A program made the translations under genes and the position numbers. A stretch of DNA of 39,977 nucleotides, taken from positions 1-39,977 of the forward strand of contig DATKEH010000131.1 in the NCBI GenBank assembly GCA_035546355.1, in the 5' to 3' direction. Positions 27,172 to 35,027 of this stretch are shown here, one piece after another; positions within the stretch are counted from its first letter, which is position 1; each line of letters begins with the position of its first letter. The notes under the pieces were generated by a model. It saw only the letters and a program-made list of their open reading frames with translations. It searched no databases and was not told where the DNA came from. Source of the stretch: Thermoanaerobaculia bacterium (lineage in GTDB: Bacteria; Acidobacteriota; Thermoanaerobaculia; Multivoradales; JAIOJS01).

Positions 27172-27196
27172 GTATAACATGGCGACGAGGGAGCCG

Positions 27197-27820
27197 ATGA
27201 GCCGAGGCGAGAAGCACCAGGAGGACGTCCACGCGCGGGGCTGGAACTTCGAGGTGGCGGCGATGCCCTACCTCGACTCGCTCTACAACGCCGCGTACCG
27301 GATGAGCCGCAATCCCCAGGATGCCGAAGACCTGGTGCAGGAGACCTATTTCAAGGCCTACAAGTACTACGACAAGTTCGAGGAAGGCACCAACCTCAAG
27401 GCCTGGCTGTTCAAGATCCTCAAGAACACCTTCATCAACAGCTACCGCAAGAAGCAGGCGACGCCGCCCAAGGCCGACTTCGCCGACATCGAGGAGTCGT
27501 TCGAGAGCATCGTCAGCGACGAGGCTACCGGCCAGCTCAAGGATCCCGAGGAGGAGCTGCTGACCAACGTCCTCGACGAGGACGTCCAGCGGGCGATGGA
27601 CGAGCTGCCGCACGACTACCGGATGGTGGTCCTGCTCGCCGATCTCGAGGGGTTCTCCTACAAGGAGATCGCCGAGATCCTCGACATCCCGGTCGGCACG
27701 GTGATGAGCCGGCTCTACCGCGGACGGCGCCTGTTGGAGTCGGCGCTGCTCAAGTACGCCCGCGAGCACGGCTACCTGCGAGACGGGGAGCCGGCCAAGA
27801 TGCGCAGCCGCCGCGCTTGA
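27197..27820 (+). CDS. ECF (group 4) RNA polymerase sigma factor, SigR/SigH/SigE-like
   Basis: Frame of ORF 27125..27820. ATG 27197 is preferred (GAGGGAG SD); ATG 27179 is an alternative. Region 2: [45 protein letters not shown]. Region 4: [32 protein letters not shown]. Confidence 0.9.
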   Translation: MSRGEKHQEDVHARGWNFEVAAMPYLDSLYNAAYRMSRNPQDAEDLVQETYFKAYKYYDKFEEGTNLKAWLFKILKNTFINSYRKKQATPPKADFADIEESFESIVSDEATGQLKDPEEELLTNVLDEDVQRAMDELPHDYRMVVLLADLEGFSYKEIAEILDIPVGTVMSRLYRGRRLLESALLKYAREHGYLRDGEPAKMRSRRA

Positions 27821-27945
27821 TTGGGTACAATCGCGCGACGTTCCCGGAATTTCTCTCCAGACGGCCCGAGTTTCAACGACAGGGCACGAGCGGCGCCCGT
27901 CGACAAGGGTGCAGACCCCGGGACCGACCGATGCGAGGGAGCCCG

Positions 27946-28197
27946 ATGGATTGCCAGCAGGTGCGTGCGACGATGTACATGGTCAACGACGAGGAAGCCG
28001 AGGCCGAGCTCCTGGCTCCCTTTCGCGAGCACATCGGCTTCTGCAGCCAGTGCGCGCACCATTTCGACTATCTGACCAAGCTGCTGGTGCTGGTCCGCGA
28101 GCGCTGCTCGCGCTATCCGGCGCCGAAGACGCTGAAAGTCCGCATCCTCGATGGATTCCCGCATCGCCGCGAGGCGGCGACGGGGGCCCATGACTGA
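27946..28197 (+). CDS. Zinc-binding anti-sigma factor (ZAS), soluble RsrA-like, 83 aa
   Basis: Frame of ORF 27817..28197. ATG 27946 is preceded by GAGGGA. H-x3-C-x2-C motif (EHIGFCSQC), an N-terminal Cys (MDCQQV) and a downstream Cys (RERCS). No transmembrane segment. Confidence 0.8.
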   Translation: MDCQQVRATMYMVNDEEAEAELLAPFREHIGFCSQCAHHFDYLTKLLVLVRERCSRYPAPKTLKVRILDGFPHRREAATGAHD

Positions 28198-28228
28198 TCG
28201 ATTCCACCCTCCGTACCGGAGACCAACC

Positions 28229-28684
28229 ATGCGTGGACGTTGGATCGCTGCGCTCGCCGGATTGCTGCTGCTTCTCGGCGCCGGCGCCGGTGGCGCCCAG
28301 AACGGCTGGCGCCTGTCCGGCCTCGACGGCGGCGAGCTGCGGGAAGCGGATCTCGCCCGCGGCACCGCGGTCGTCGTCATCTGGGCGGGCTGGTCTCCCC
28401 GCTGCCGCGGCATCGTCGACCAGGTCAACGCCCTCGCCGCCGAGTGGGGTGGGCGGGCGCGCGTGGTGACGGTGAACTTCCAGGAGAGCCCCGACGAGGC
28501 GCGGGGATTCCTCAGGGGCAAGTCGCTGCGCGTCCCGGTCTTCCTCGACACCGACGGCGCGTTCTCCAAGCGGCACCACGTCAGCACCCTGCCCGGGTTG
28601 CTGGTCTACAAGGACGGCCGCGTCGCCTATCAGGGCAAGCTCCCCGACGATCCTTCCGAGGTCGTCGGCAGGGCGCTGCAGTAG
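28229..28684 (+). CDS. Secreted thioredoxin-fold (TlpA/redoxin-like) protein with SxxC in place of CxxC, 151 aa
   Basis: Frame of ORF 28151..28684, ATG at 28229. Signal peptide MRGRWIAALAGLLLLLGAGAGGAQ. VVVIWAGWSPRCR aligns to the W-C-x-x-C motif of TlpA/ResA-type redoxins. A cis-Pro region STLPGLLVY is present. Confidence 0.7.
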   Translation: MRGRWIAALAGLLLLLGAGAGGAQNGWRLSGLDGGELREADLARGTAVVVIWAGWSPRCRGIVDQVNALAAEWGGRARVVTVNFQESPDEARGFLRGKSLRVPVFLDTDGAFSKRHHVSTLPGLLVYKDGRVAYQGKLPDDPSEVVGRALQ

Positions 28685-28797
28685 GCGGCCCTCGCGGTCC
28701 AGGGGCGGGCCTCCGTGCCCGTCCGGCCGGCGCGGAGTTCCGCGTGTCGCGGAGCGGCAGGTCGCCGCGCCGCCCGCGCGCCCCACGACGGCCGATC

Positions 28798-28826
28798 GGA
28801 TTTCCCCGGGGGGATTTCCCGGGGGG
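28798..28826. repeat. Tandem direct repeat GGATTTCCC(C)GGGG x2, each unit containing a CCCGGG palindrome
   Basis: GGATTTCCCCGGGG (28798..28811) is followed directly by GGATTTCCCGGGGGG (28812..28826). It lies in the 278-bp intergenic region upstream of the M23 peptidase gene, abutting TTGGCT-N18-TAGTGT (28827..28856). Confidence 0.6.
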
Positions 28827-28962
28827 TTGGCTGCGGCACCGGGCTTGTGTTAGTGTCGCCGCGTTTTCGACAGGAATGCGCAGCCGCCCGTGCGATGGGT
28901 CGCTGCCGGCAGGGATCTCGCACCGGCGCCGCCGCCTCGTCCGCGGGCGTCTGCAAGGGGAG

Positions 28963-30318
28963 ATGGAGCTCATCCGAAGGAACGCGTCATGGCGGCGGGG
29001 CCCGAGGTTGCCTCTGCCGCTCGTCCTCGCCTTTGTCGGCTCCATGGCTGCGACGCACGTCCGTAGCCTTCCCAGCTATGCTCCGGCGCCGCGGCTGGTG
29101 GCGCCGACTCCCCGCTTCGTCCCCGACGCCGTCGCCTGTCCCGCGGACACGCTGCACGTGCAGCAGGCGGACCTGCCGGTGCAGGCCTCCTTGCAGCGCG
29201 GGCAGACGCTGGGGGCGCTGCTGGCCGAGCTCGGCTTCGCTGCCAACGACTGCAGCGCGATCTCCGACCAGCTCGCCGAGCACGTGGAGCTGCGGCGCCT
29301 GCGGCCCGGGCTCGAGGTGACGGCCTTCGTCGGCGAGGAGGCGCGCCCGCGAGAGGTCGAGTTCCTGCTGCCAGGTCGCGGCCGGTTGCGCCTGGTACCT
29401 GGAGAGGAGGGCTGGGCGAGCCGATGGCAGCCGTTCGAGGAGCGCGTGGTGGTGCGGCGCGCCGAGGGGGTGATCGAGTCGAGCCTGGCGGGGGCGATGG
29501 TACGCCACGGCGTCCCCCAGGAGGTCGCCTACGGACTGGCCGAGGTGATGCGCTGGGACGTGGACTTCAACCGCGACCTGCGCGCCGGCGACCGCTTCCA
29601 GGTGATCTACGAGGAGGTCCACCTCGACGGCGAGCTGCACCGGGTGGGGAACGTGCTGGCCGCTGGGCTGTGGAACCGAGGCAGGATGCTCGAGGCGTTC
29701 CGTTTCGGCGACGACGGGTACTACGACGCCGAGGGCCGGCCGCTCAAGAAGATGTTCCTGCGCTCGCCGATGCAGTTCTCCCGCGTCACCTCGAAGTTCA
29801 GCCATCGCCGCTTCCACCCGGTGCTCAAGCGCTACCGGCCGCACTACGGCGTCGACTACGGCGCGCCGACGGGGACGCCGGTGCGCGCCACCGCCGACGG
29901 CGTGGTCACCTTCGCCGGCTGGGATCGGGGCGGTGGCAAGACCATCAAGCTACGGCACCCCAACGAGTACCTGACCGCCTACCTCCACCTCTCGCGCTTC
30001 GCGGGGGGAGTCGAGAGAGGCGCCCGGGTGAGGCAGGGGGAGGTGGTCGGATTCGTCGGCGCCACCGGGCTCGCCACCGCGCCGCACCTCGACTACCGGG
30101 TGCAGCACCGGGGTCGCTGGATCGACCCGCTGGCGATGAAGAGCGTTCCCGCCGAGCCGATCGCCGACCGCGACCTGCCCCGTTTCGTCGCCTGGCGCGA
30201 TCTGCTGCGTCAGGCCCTCGCGGAGGGTCCGGCGGGGCCGATGAGCGAGCCCGACTGGCAGCTCGCCGCTCTGCCCCCTGCCGCGCCCTCGGCGCTGGCG
30301 GTCGCCGCCGGTCGCTGA
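28963..30318 (+). CDS. M23 family metallopeptidase (murein DD-endopeptidase-like), 451 aa
   Basis: Frame of ORF 28240..30318. ATG 28963 is preceded by GGGGAG. N-terminal membrane anchor LPLPLVLAFVGSMAA. LysM/OapA-like segment LQRGQTLGALLAELGF. M23 motifs: HYGVDYGAPTGTPVRATADGVV, LRHPNEYLTAYLHLS, GATGLATAPHLDYRV. Confidence 0.88.
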   Translation: MELIRRNASWRRGPRLPLPLVLAFVGSMAATHVRSLPSYAPAPRLVAPTPRFVPDAVACPADTLHVQQADLPVQASLQRGQTLGALLAELGFAANDCSAISDQLAEHVELRRLRPGLEVTAFVGEEARPREVEFLLPGRGRLRLVPGEEGWASRWQPFEERVVVRRAEGVIESSLAGAMVRHGVPQEVAYGLAEVMRWDVDFNRDLRAGDRFQVIYEEVHLDGELHRVGNVLAAGLWNRGRMLEAFRFGDDGYYDAEGRPLKKMFLRSPMQFSRVTSKFSHRRFHPVLKRYRPHYGVDYGAPTGTPVRATADGVVTFAGWDRGGGKTIKLRHPNEYLTAYLHLSRFAGGVERGARVRQGEVVGFVGATGLATAPHLDYRVQHRGRWIDPLAMKSVPAEPIADRDLPRFVAWRDLLRQALAEGPAGPMSEPDWQLAALPPAAPSALAVAAGR

Positions 30319-30338
30319 GCGGGGGACCGGCCGAGCCC

Positions 30339-31376
30339 ATGGCGAACGCCGCGGCGGCCGCTGTGCGGGCCACGGCCTGGTGCCGGGTCGACCTGGGCGG
30401 CGGGACGCTCGACATCTGGCCCCTGGGGTTGCTCTTTCCCGGCGCGGTCACGGTCAACGTCGCCCTGGATCTGCCGGTCGCGGTCACCGTGGCGCGGCGC
30501 GCCAGCGGCTATCGCGTGACGCAGGGCGGCTCGCGGGTCGAGGCCGCCGACGTCCACCAGCTGGCGGCCCGCACCGATACGGCGCTCATCGGCACCATCT
30601 GCGGCGCCCTCGCCCTGCCCCCCCTGGAGGTGGCGATCGACAGCTCGTCGCCGCTCGGCGGCGGTCTGGGAGCGAGCTCCGCGGTGACCGTGGCCCTGAT
30701 CGCCGGCGCCGATCGCCTCCTCGGCCGGCCGGCGCGGGAGCCGGCCGCGCTGTGTCGTCTGGCCCGCGACCTCGAGGCGGTGAGCATGCGTCTGCCCACC
30801 GGCATGCAGGATCACTACGGCGCGGTGACGGGGGGAGCGTTGGCCATTCACTTCGCTCCCGGCGGCGAGCGGGTGGAGCGCCTCGACGTCGACCTCGCCG
30901 GTCTGTCGCGTCACCTGCTGGTGGTGTACTCGGGGCGCAGTCACTTCTCGGCGGCCACCAACTGGGAGATCATCCGCGGTTGCCTGGAAGCGGAGCCCGA
31001 GACCCAGGGGCTGTTCACCGGCATCGCCCGGGTGGCGGCGCAGTTGCCGCAGCGGCTGGAGGCCGGTGACTGGGAGGGAGCGGGGGAGCTGGTAGGGCAG
31101 GAGTGGAGCCTGCGGCGGCACCTCGCCGCGGGCGTCTCGGTGCCGGCGGTGGAGAGCCTGTTGAGCCTGGCGCGGTCCCTCGGAGCGTGGGGCGGCAAGG
31201 CCTGCGGCGCTGGTGGCGGCGGCTGTGTGGCGATCCTGGCCCCGGAGGAACGCCGGGCGGTCCTCGCCGCCTCGCTGGCGGCGGCGGGCGGCGAGGTGCT
31301 GTCGACCGCGCCTACCCCACGGGGGCTCGAGCTCGGCGGGCTGGACGATGCGGCGTTCGGGGATGAGCCACAATAG
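30339..31376 (+). CDS. GHMP-family sugar kinase (HddA/fucokinase-like subgroup), 345 aa
   Basis: Frame of ORF 29424..31376, ATG at 30339. N-terminal CRVDLGGGTLDIWPLG (GGGTD-type motif). GHMP motif II SSSPLGGGLGASSAVTVAL. Motif III KACGAGGGGCVAIL. Confidence 0.75.
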   Translation: MANAAAAAVRATAWCRVDLGGGTLDIWPLGLLFPGAVTVNVALDLPVAVTVARRASGYRVTQGGSRVEAADVHQLAARTDTALIGTICGALALPPLEVAIDSSSPLGGGLGASSAVTVALIAGADRLLGRPAREPAALCRLARDLEAVSMRLPTGMQDHYGAVTGGALAIHFAPGGERVERLDVDLAGLSRHLLVVYSGRSHFSAATNWEIIRGCLEAEPETQGLFTGIARVAAQLPQRLEAGDWEGAGELVGQEWSLRRHLAAGVSVPAVESLLSLARSLGAWGGKACGAGGGGCVAILAPEERRAVLAASLAAAGGEVLSTAPTPRGLELGGLDDAAFGDEPQ

Positions 31377-32331
31377 CCGGGTGGCGCGGGAGGACTACTA
31401 CGCCCTGCTAGGCGTCGCGATCGGCGCCGACCCTCTCGCGATCAAGCGGGCCTACCGGCGGCTGGCGCGCCGCTACCACCCCGACATCAACCCCGGGGAT
31501 CGGGAAGCCGAGCACCTGTTCCAGGCCGTCTCGCGAGCCTATGCGGTGCTCTCGGACCCGGCCAAGCGAGGCGCCTACGATCGCGGGGCGTCCCCTGATC
31601 CCGGTACCGGGGTCGGCTTCTCCGCCTTCAGCGAGTTCGCCGCCGCCGGCGGCGCCAGGCGCGTCGAGGAGCTGATCGCCGAGCTGTTGGGCCGGCCGGA
31701 GGGGCGCGGCGACGGCGAGTCCGTACGCCACCTGACCACCGAGGTCACCCTCGAGCTCGCCGAGGCGGTGCGCGGCGTCGCCACCAGCGTCTCGGTGCAG
31801 CGCGAGCTCTCCTGCTCCGATTGCGCCGGCCGCGGCACCGTCGCCGGCGGTCGCTGCGAGCGCTGCGGCGGCCGCGGCAAGGTGGTCGAGCTCGAGCGCT
31901 TGCGAATCCGCATCCCGCCGGGCGTCGAGGACGGCAGTCGGCTGCGCGTCACCGGCAAGGGGCACGGGTCGACGGGCCGGCGCAGCGACCTGCTGCTGCG
32001 CATCTTGGTCAAGCCGCACCCCTACTTCCGCCGGCGCGGCGGCGACGTGTTCGCCCACGTCCCGGTCACTCTCGCCGAGGCCCTTCTCGGCGCCGACATC
32101 GAGGTGCCGACCGTGGACGGCAGGGTGCGGGTGGAGCTCCCAGCTGGCACCGTCAGCGGCCAGCGGTTCCGCCTCAGGGGGCGCGGCATCCGGCTGGCCG
32201 ACGGGCGGCGGGGGCATCACTACTACACCATCGACGTGGTGATGCCCCAGGAGGTCGACGAGTCGGCCGCCGCGGCGCTGCGGCGGATTCGGCAGCAGGA
32301 CCCCCGCCGCCACCTGCCGCCGGGCCTGTGA
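31363..32331 (+). CDS. DnaJ-like co-chaperone: J domain, a single zinc centre (two CxxCxGxG repeats) and a DnaJ C-terminal domain, 322 aa
   Basis: Frame of ORF 31213..32331. ATG 31363 overlaps the kinase stop by 14 bp. J domain: DYYALLGV...IKRAYRRLARRYHPDINPGD...AYAVLSDPAKRGAYD. CSDCAGRG and CERCGGRG only. C-terminal RLRVTGKGH...SGQRFRLRGRG. Confidence 0.85.
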   Translation: MSHNSRVAREDYYALLGVAIGADPLAIKRAYRRLARRYHPDINPGDREAEHLFQAVSRAYAVLSDPAKRGAYDRGASPDPGTGVGFSAFSEFAAAGGARRVEELIAELLGRPEGRGDGESVRHLTTEVTLELAEAVRGVATSVSVQRELSCSDCAGRGTVAGGRCERCGGRGKVVELERLRIRIPPGVEDGSRLRVTGKGHGSTGRRSDLLLRILVKPHPYFRRRGGDVFAHVPVTLAEALLGADIEVPTVDGRVRVELPAGTVSGQRFRLRGRGIRLADGRRGHHYYTIDVVMPQEVDESAAAALRRIRQQDPRRHLPPGL

Positions 32332-32345
32332 AGGGGGGATGCAGG

Positions 32346-33704
32346 CTAGCGGCCGCCGACGCGCCGCGCGAGCACGGCGAAGGCGTCGCCGTGGGTGAAG
32401 GTTTCGTGGGTCTCCACGGTGCGCATCTCGCTCCAGCCGTCGCCCAGGCTCTCGACGTAGCGGACCGCCTCGAAGGCGCTCCAGGCCACGATGACGTCTT
32501 CGCCGCTCGGGGAGACGAAGACCTGCAGGGGCCGCTGCGTGGGGTGGAACGGCGTCGGCCGCAACGAGGCGACCCGGAACATCAGCGCCTGGGGCAGCTC
32601 GGCGCCGTCGGCGGAACGCAGCCCGATCTCGATGATCGTCGGCCGCGCCCTCTCCCCCAGGTCGAGCGGCGATCCCAGCGAGAAGCCGCGCTCGATGATG
32701 CGCTGGCGGGCCTCGTCGGCGAGCTCCGCAGGGTCGGTCCCGGGGGCGGCGGCGAGGATGACGGCGGCGGCCTCGCCGCCGAGGAACTCGGCGATCGGCC
32801 GCTGCAGCCGGCGGGCACCGTCGGCGCTCACCTCGGCCCGCACCTCGGTCGCCAGGCTCGCCAGGTCCCAGGTGCCGGTGCGCAGCCCGATCTCGATGAT
32901 GGTCGGCCGCGCTCGCTCGGCGATCTCCATGACGTCTGCGGGCAGGACCTGCACCTCGAGCCCGGCCAGCCGTCCGTCGACGACGTCCGAGAAGGCCATC
33001 GCCAGCGAGCGGCCGTCGCCGCCCGGCCGCAGCGCCGGTACCCGGTAGAGCCCAGGGGCGGGGAGGCGCAGCGGCGGCTCGCTGGCCTCCGGCAGCAAGG
33101 CAGCCAGCTCGAATACCGGGTTGCTGGCCACCGGCCGTCCCTGGTCGGCGACCAGCGGCGTGTACAGCGCCCGCTCGCCAGCCACGCCCTCGTCCCACCA
33201 CAGGAGGTGGAGGATGGTGCGTTCCTGGAGCTCGGCCTGGCCTTCGGCGCCGGCCACGGCATGGTCGTCGATGGTCACCTCGAGCTGCGGGTGGCTCTTC
33301 TGGCTGAACGGGTCGCCGCTGAGCTCCAAAGTCTCGGACCACCCCTCCGGGCCCCAGCTGGCGAGGTGGAGCATGGAGTGGATCCCCTGGCGCGCCGCCC
33401 ATACCAGGTAGACGGTGTTGGCGCGCTTGTTCAGCGCCAGGGCCGGGCTCTCCTCGGAGGCCGCGTTCTCGGTGCCGGGCACCAGCAGCCGTTGCAGCGG
33501 CACCCCGGGTCGCCGCACGTCGAGCACCAGGGCGACGTTGCCCACCATCTCCTCGGGGACGTCGGTGAAGAGCTGCCCCAGCTCGCCGCTCTGGACGACG
33601 TAGACCTCGCCGTCGGATCCGAGGACGGCTCGCTGCCCCGCCGCGTGCGCCGCCGCGGCGACGGTGCCGAGGAGGAGAACGAGGAGCAGACAGCGAGCGC
33701 GCAC
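32346..33704 (-). CDS. Secreted hypothetical protein with an internal ERARPTIIEIGLR repeat, 452 aa
   Basis: GTG at 33704..33702, 1 nt after the TPR gene stop. Signal peptide MRARCLLLVLLLGTVAAAAHAAG. Normal coding composition, unlike the overlapping Arg/Pro-rich ORFs. I recognise no family. Confidence 0.65.
   Translation of the reverse strand: MRARCLLLVLLLGTVAAAAHAAGQRAVLGSDGEVYVVQSGELGQLFTDVPEEMVGNVALVLDVRRPGVPLQRLLVPGTENAASEESPALALNKRANTVYLVWAARQGIHSMLHLASWGPEGWSETLELSGDPFSQKSHPQLEVTIDDHAVAGAEGQAELQERTILHLLWWDEGVAGERALYTPLVADQGRPVASNPVFELAALLPEASEPPLRLPAPGLYRVPALRPGGDGRSLAMAFSDVVDGRLAGLEVQVLPADVMEIAERARPTIIEIGLRTGTWDLASLATEVRAEVSADGARRLQRPIAEFLGGEAAAVILAAAPGTDPAELADEARQRIIERGFSLGSPLDLGERARPTIIEIGLRSADGAELPQALMFRVASLRPTPFHPTQRPLQVFVSPSGEDVIVAWSAFEAVRYVESLGDGWSEMRTVETHETFTHGDAFAVLARRVGGR
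32617..32648 (-). repeat. Intragenic 32-nt repeat, copy 1
   Basis: cgcagcccgatctcgatgatCgtcggccgcgc is identical to 32881..32912 except for one base. It encodes (E)RARPTIIEIGLR. Confidence 0.85.
32881..32912 (-). repeat. Intragenic 32-nt repeat, copy 2
   Basis: cgcagcccgatctcgatgatGgtcggccgcgc lies 264 bp (88 codons) from copy 1, in the same reading frame. Confidence 0.85.
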
Positions 33705-33705
33705 G

Positions 33706-34614
33706 TCAGGCCCTCAGGTTGATCAGCTTGCGCACGTCGACGCCGAGCAGCAGCTCGGCGACGAACGGCTTGTCCGGGTAGAACCGCTGCTGGAGGTCGG
33801 TGAAGCACTCGCGGGCGGTCTCTTCGCGACCGTCCAGCAGCGCCGCCTCACCGAGCAGGTAGAGACCGTTCTTGATCCAATCGGTGTCGCCGGCCTGCTC
33901 GGCGAGCCGCAAGCCGATGGCGCCGTGCCGCCCCGCCGAGCGATAGCGCCCGATCTCCAGGTGGCCGAAGCAGAGGTCCAGGCGGGCGACCATTTCGAGG
34001 TGCCGCATGCCCAGCCTGCGCACCTGGCGAAGGCTGGCGTAGAGGCGCCGCAGCCCGCCCGCGAGCTCGCCTACCAGCAGATCGCTGTAGCCCAGGTTGA
34101 TCTCGATGGTGAGGCGGCGCAACGCGTCGGCGGCCGGCAGCAGGCGCAGGGCCTGGTGGAACTCCTGCACGGCCTCGGCGCAGGCGCTGTCGGCCAGCAG
34201 CAGCTCGCCCATCCGGTGGCGGGCCGAGGCGATCCACTCGCGGCGCTGCAGGCTGCTGGCGCGGTCGCGAGCGATGCGCGCGTAGAAGAGACCCTTCTTG
34301 TAGTCCTTGCGGAAGTCGTAGACGCGGGCGATGTTGTAGGCCGCCAGGAACCCCGCCTCCCCCGTGGGGTCCGCCATCAGGGTCCGCCGCAGCGGGGCCA
34401 GGCACGCCTCGCCGTCTCCCAGCTCGATCGCCACCGCCGCACGGTTGCAATAGGCGATGGCGGCGAGCGCCTCGTCGCCGTGCTCGCGCGCCCATGCCAG
34501 CGCCCTGTCGAGCAGCTCCAGGGCCGGCGCGAAGTCGCCGCCGGCCAGCGACCTCTGCGCCGCCGCGCGCAGCTCGTCGTAGGCGGCGTGACCGGTGGGG
34601 CGGGGCTCGATCAT
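33706..34614 (-). CDS. TPR-repeat protein, cytoplasmic, 302 aa
   Basis: ATG at 34614..34612 overlaps the upstream HTH gene stop (ATGA). All-helical, with repeated Ala/Leu/Tyr/Gly TPR-like pairs (AIAYCNRAAVAIELGD, AAYNIARVYDFRKDYKKGLFYARIA, NLGYSDLLVGE, CFGHLEIGRYRSA). No signal peptide. Confidence 0.7.
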   Translation of the reverse strand: MIEPRPTGHAAYDELRAAAQRSLAGGDFAPALELLDRALAWAREHGDEALAAIAYCNRAAVAIELGDGEACLAPLRRTLMADPTGEAGFLAAYNIARVYDFRKDYKKGLFYARIARDRASSLQRREWIASARHRMGELLLADSACAEAVQEFHQALRLLPAADALRRLTIEINLGYSDLLVGELAGGLRRLYASLRQVRRLGMRHLEMVARLDLCFGHLEIGRYRSAGRHGAIGLRLAEQAGDTDWIKNGLYLLGEAALLDGREETARECFTDLQQRFYPDKPFVAELLLGVDVRKLINLRA

Positions 34615-34985
34615 GCGTCCCCGTCGTCGCGCTCGGACCAGTGTCGCGAGTGGGAGCGCTTGAAGGAGATGTACTCGCGCACCTCGCGTTGAGCTTCCGC
34701 AGCCAACCCTCTAAACTCCCGCACCATCTGCACGTCACGGGGAGTGAACGAATCGTGGGCCATCTCGTCGAAGAACTCGCCGATGCCCAGGTTGAACTCG
34801 GCGAGGATGCGGAACAGCGTGTCGAGGCTCACCCGGTACTCGCCCTTCTCCATGCGGGAGAGGTCGGACTGCTGGATGCCGATGCGGGTCGACAGCTCGG
34901 TCTGGGTGAGCCGGCGCTCCTTGCGCAGCTTGCGGATCTTGCGCCCCACCAGCTCGACCTGGCGGATCTTGTGCAGTGTGGCCAT
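34611..34985 (-). CDS. XRE-family helix-turn-helix transcriptional regulator with a C-terminal extension of about 55 aa, 124 aa
   Basis: Frame of ORF 34611..35057. ATG 34985 gives MATLHKIRQVELVGRKIRKLRKERRLTQTELSTRIGIQQSDLSRMEKGEYRVSLDTLFRILAEF, a classic Cro/C1 HTH_3 pattern. ATG 35000 is an alternative start. Confidence 0.85.
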   Translation of the reverse strand: MATLHKIRQVELVGRKIRKLRKERRLTQTELSTRIGIQQSDLSRMEKGEYRVSLDTLFRILAEFNLGIGEFFDEMAHDSFTPRDVQMVREFRGLAAEAQREVREYISFKRSHSRHWSERDDGDA

Positions 34986-35027
34986 GGTCTGTGATGTCAT
35001 GACGGCATGAGGGGATGCCCGGACAGC

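Noticed and set aside
27151-27180. ECF-type autoregulatory promoter (GGAAT-N17/18-GTT) upstream of the sigma gene
   Set aside because: The best candidate, CGAAT...GTA, has only about a 14-nt spacer and no GTT. The sigma-54-like motif in the same stretch is a much better match.
31408-33722. 664-aa (-) and 633-aa (+) ORFs overlapping the DnaJ-like and secreted-protein genes
   Set aside because: These are Arg/Pro/Gly-rich shadow frames. The chosen frames have a J domain with HPD and a signal peptide respectively, and normal amino-acid composition.
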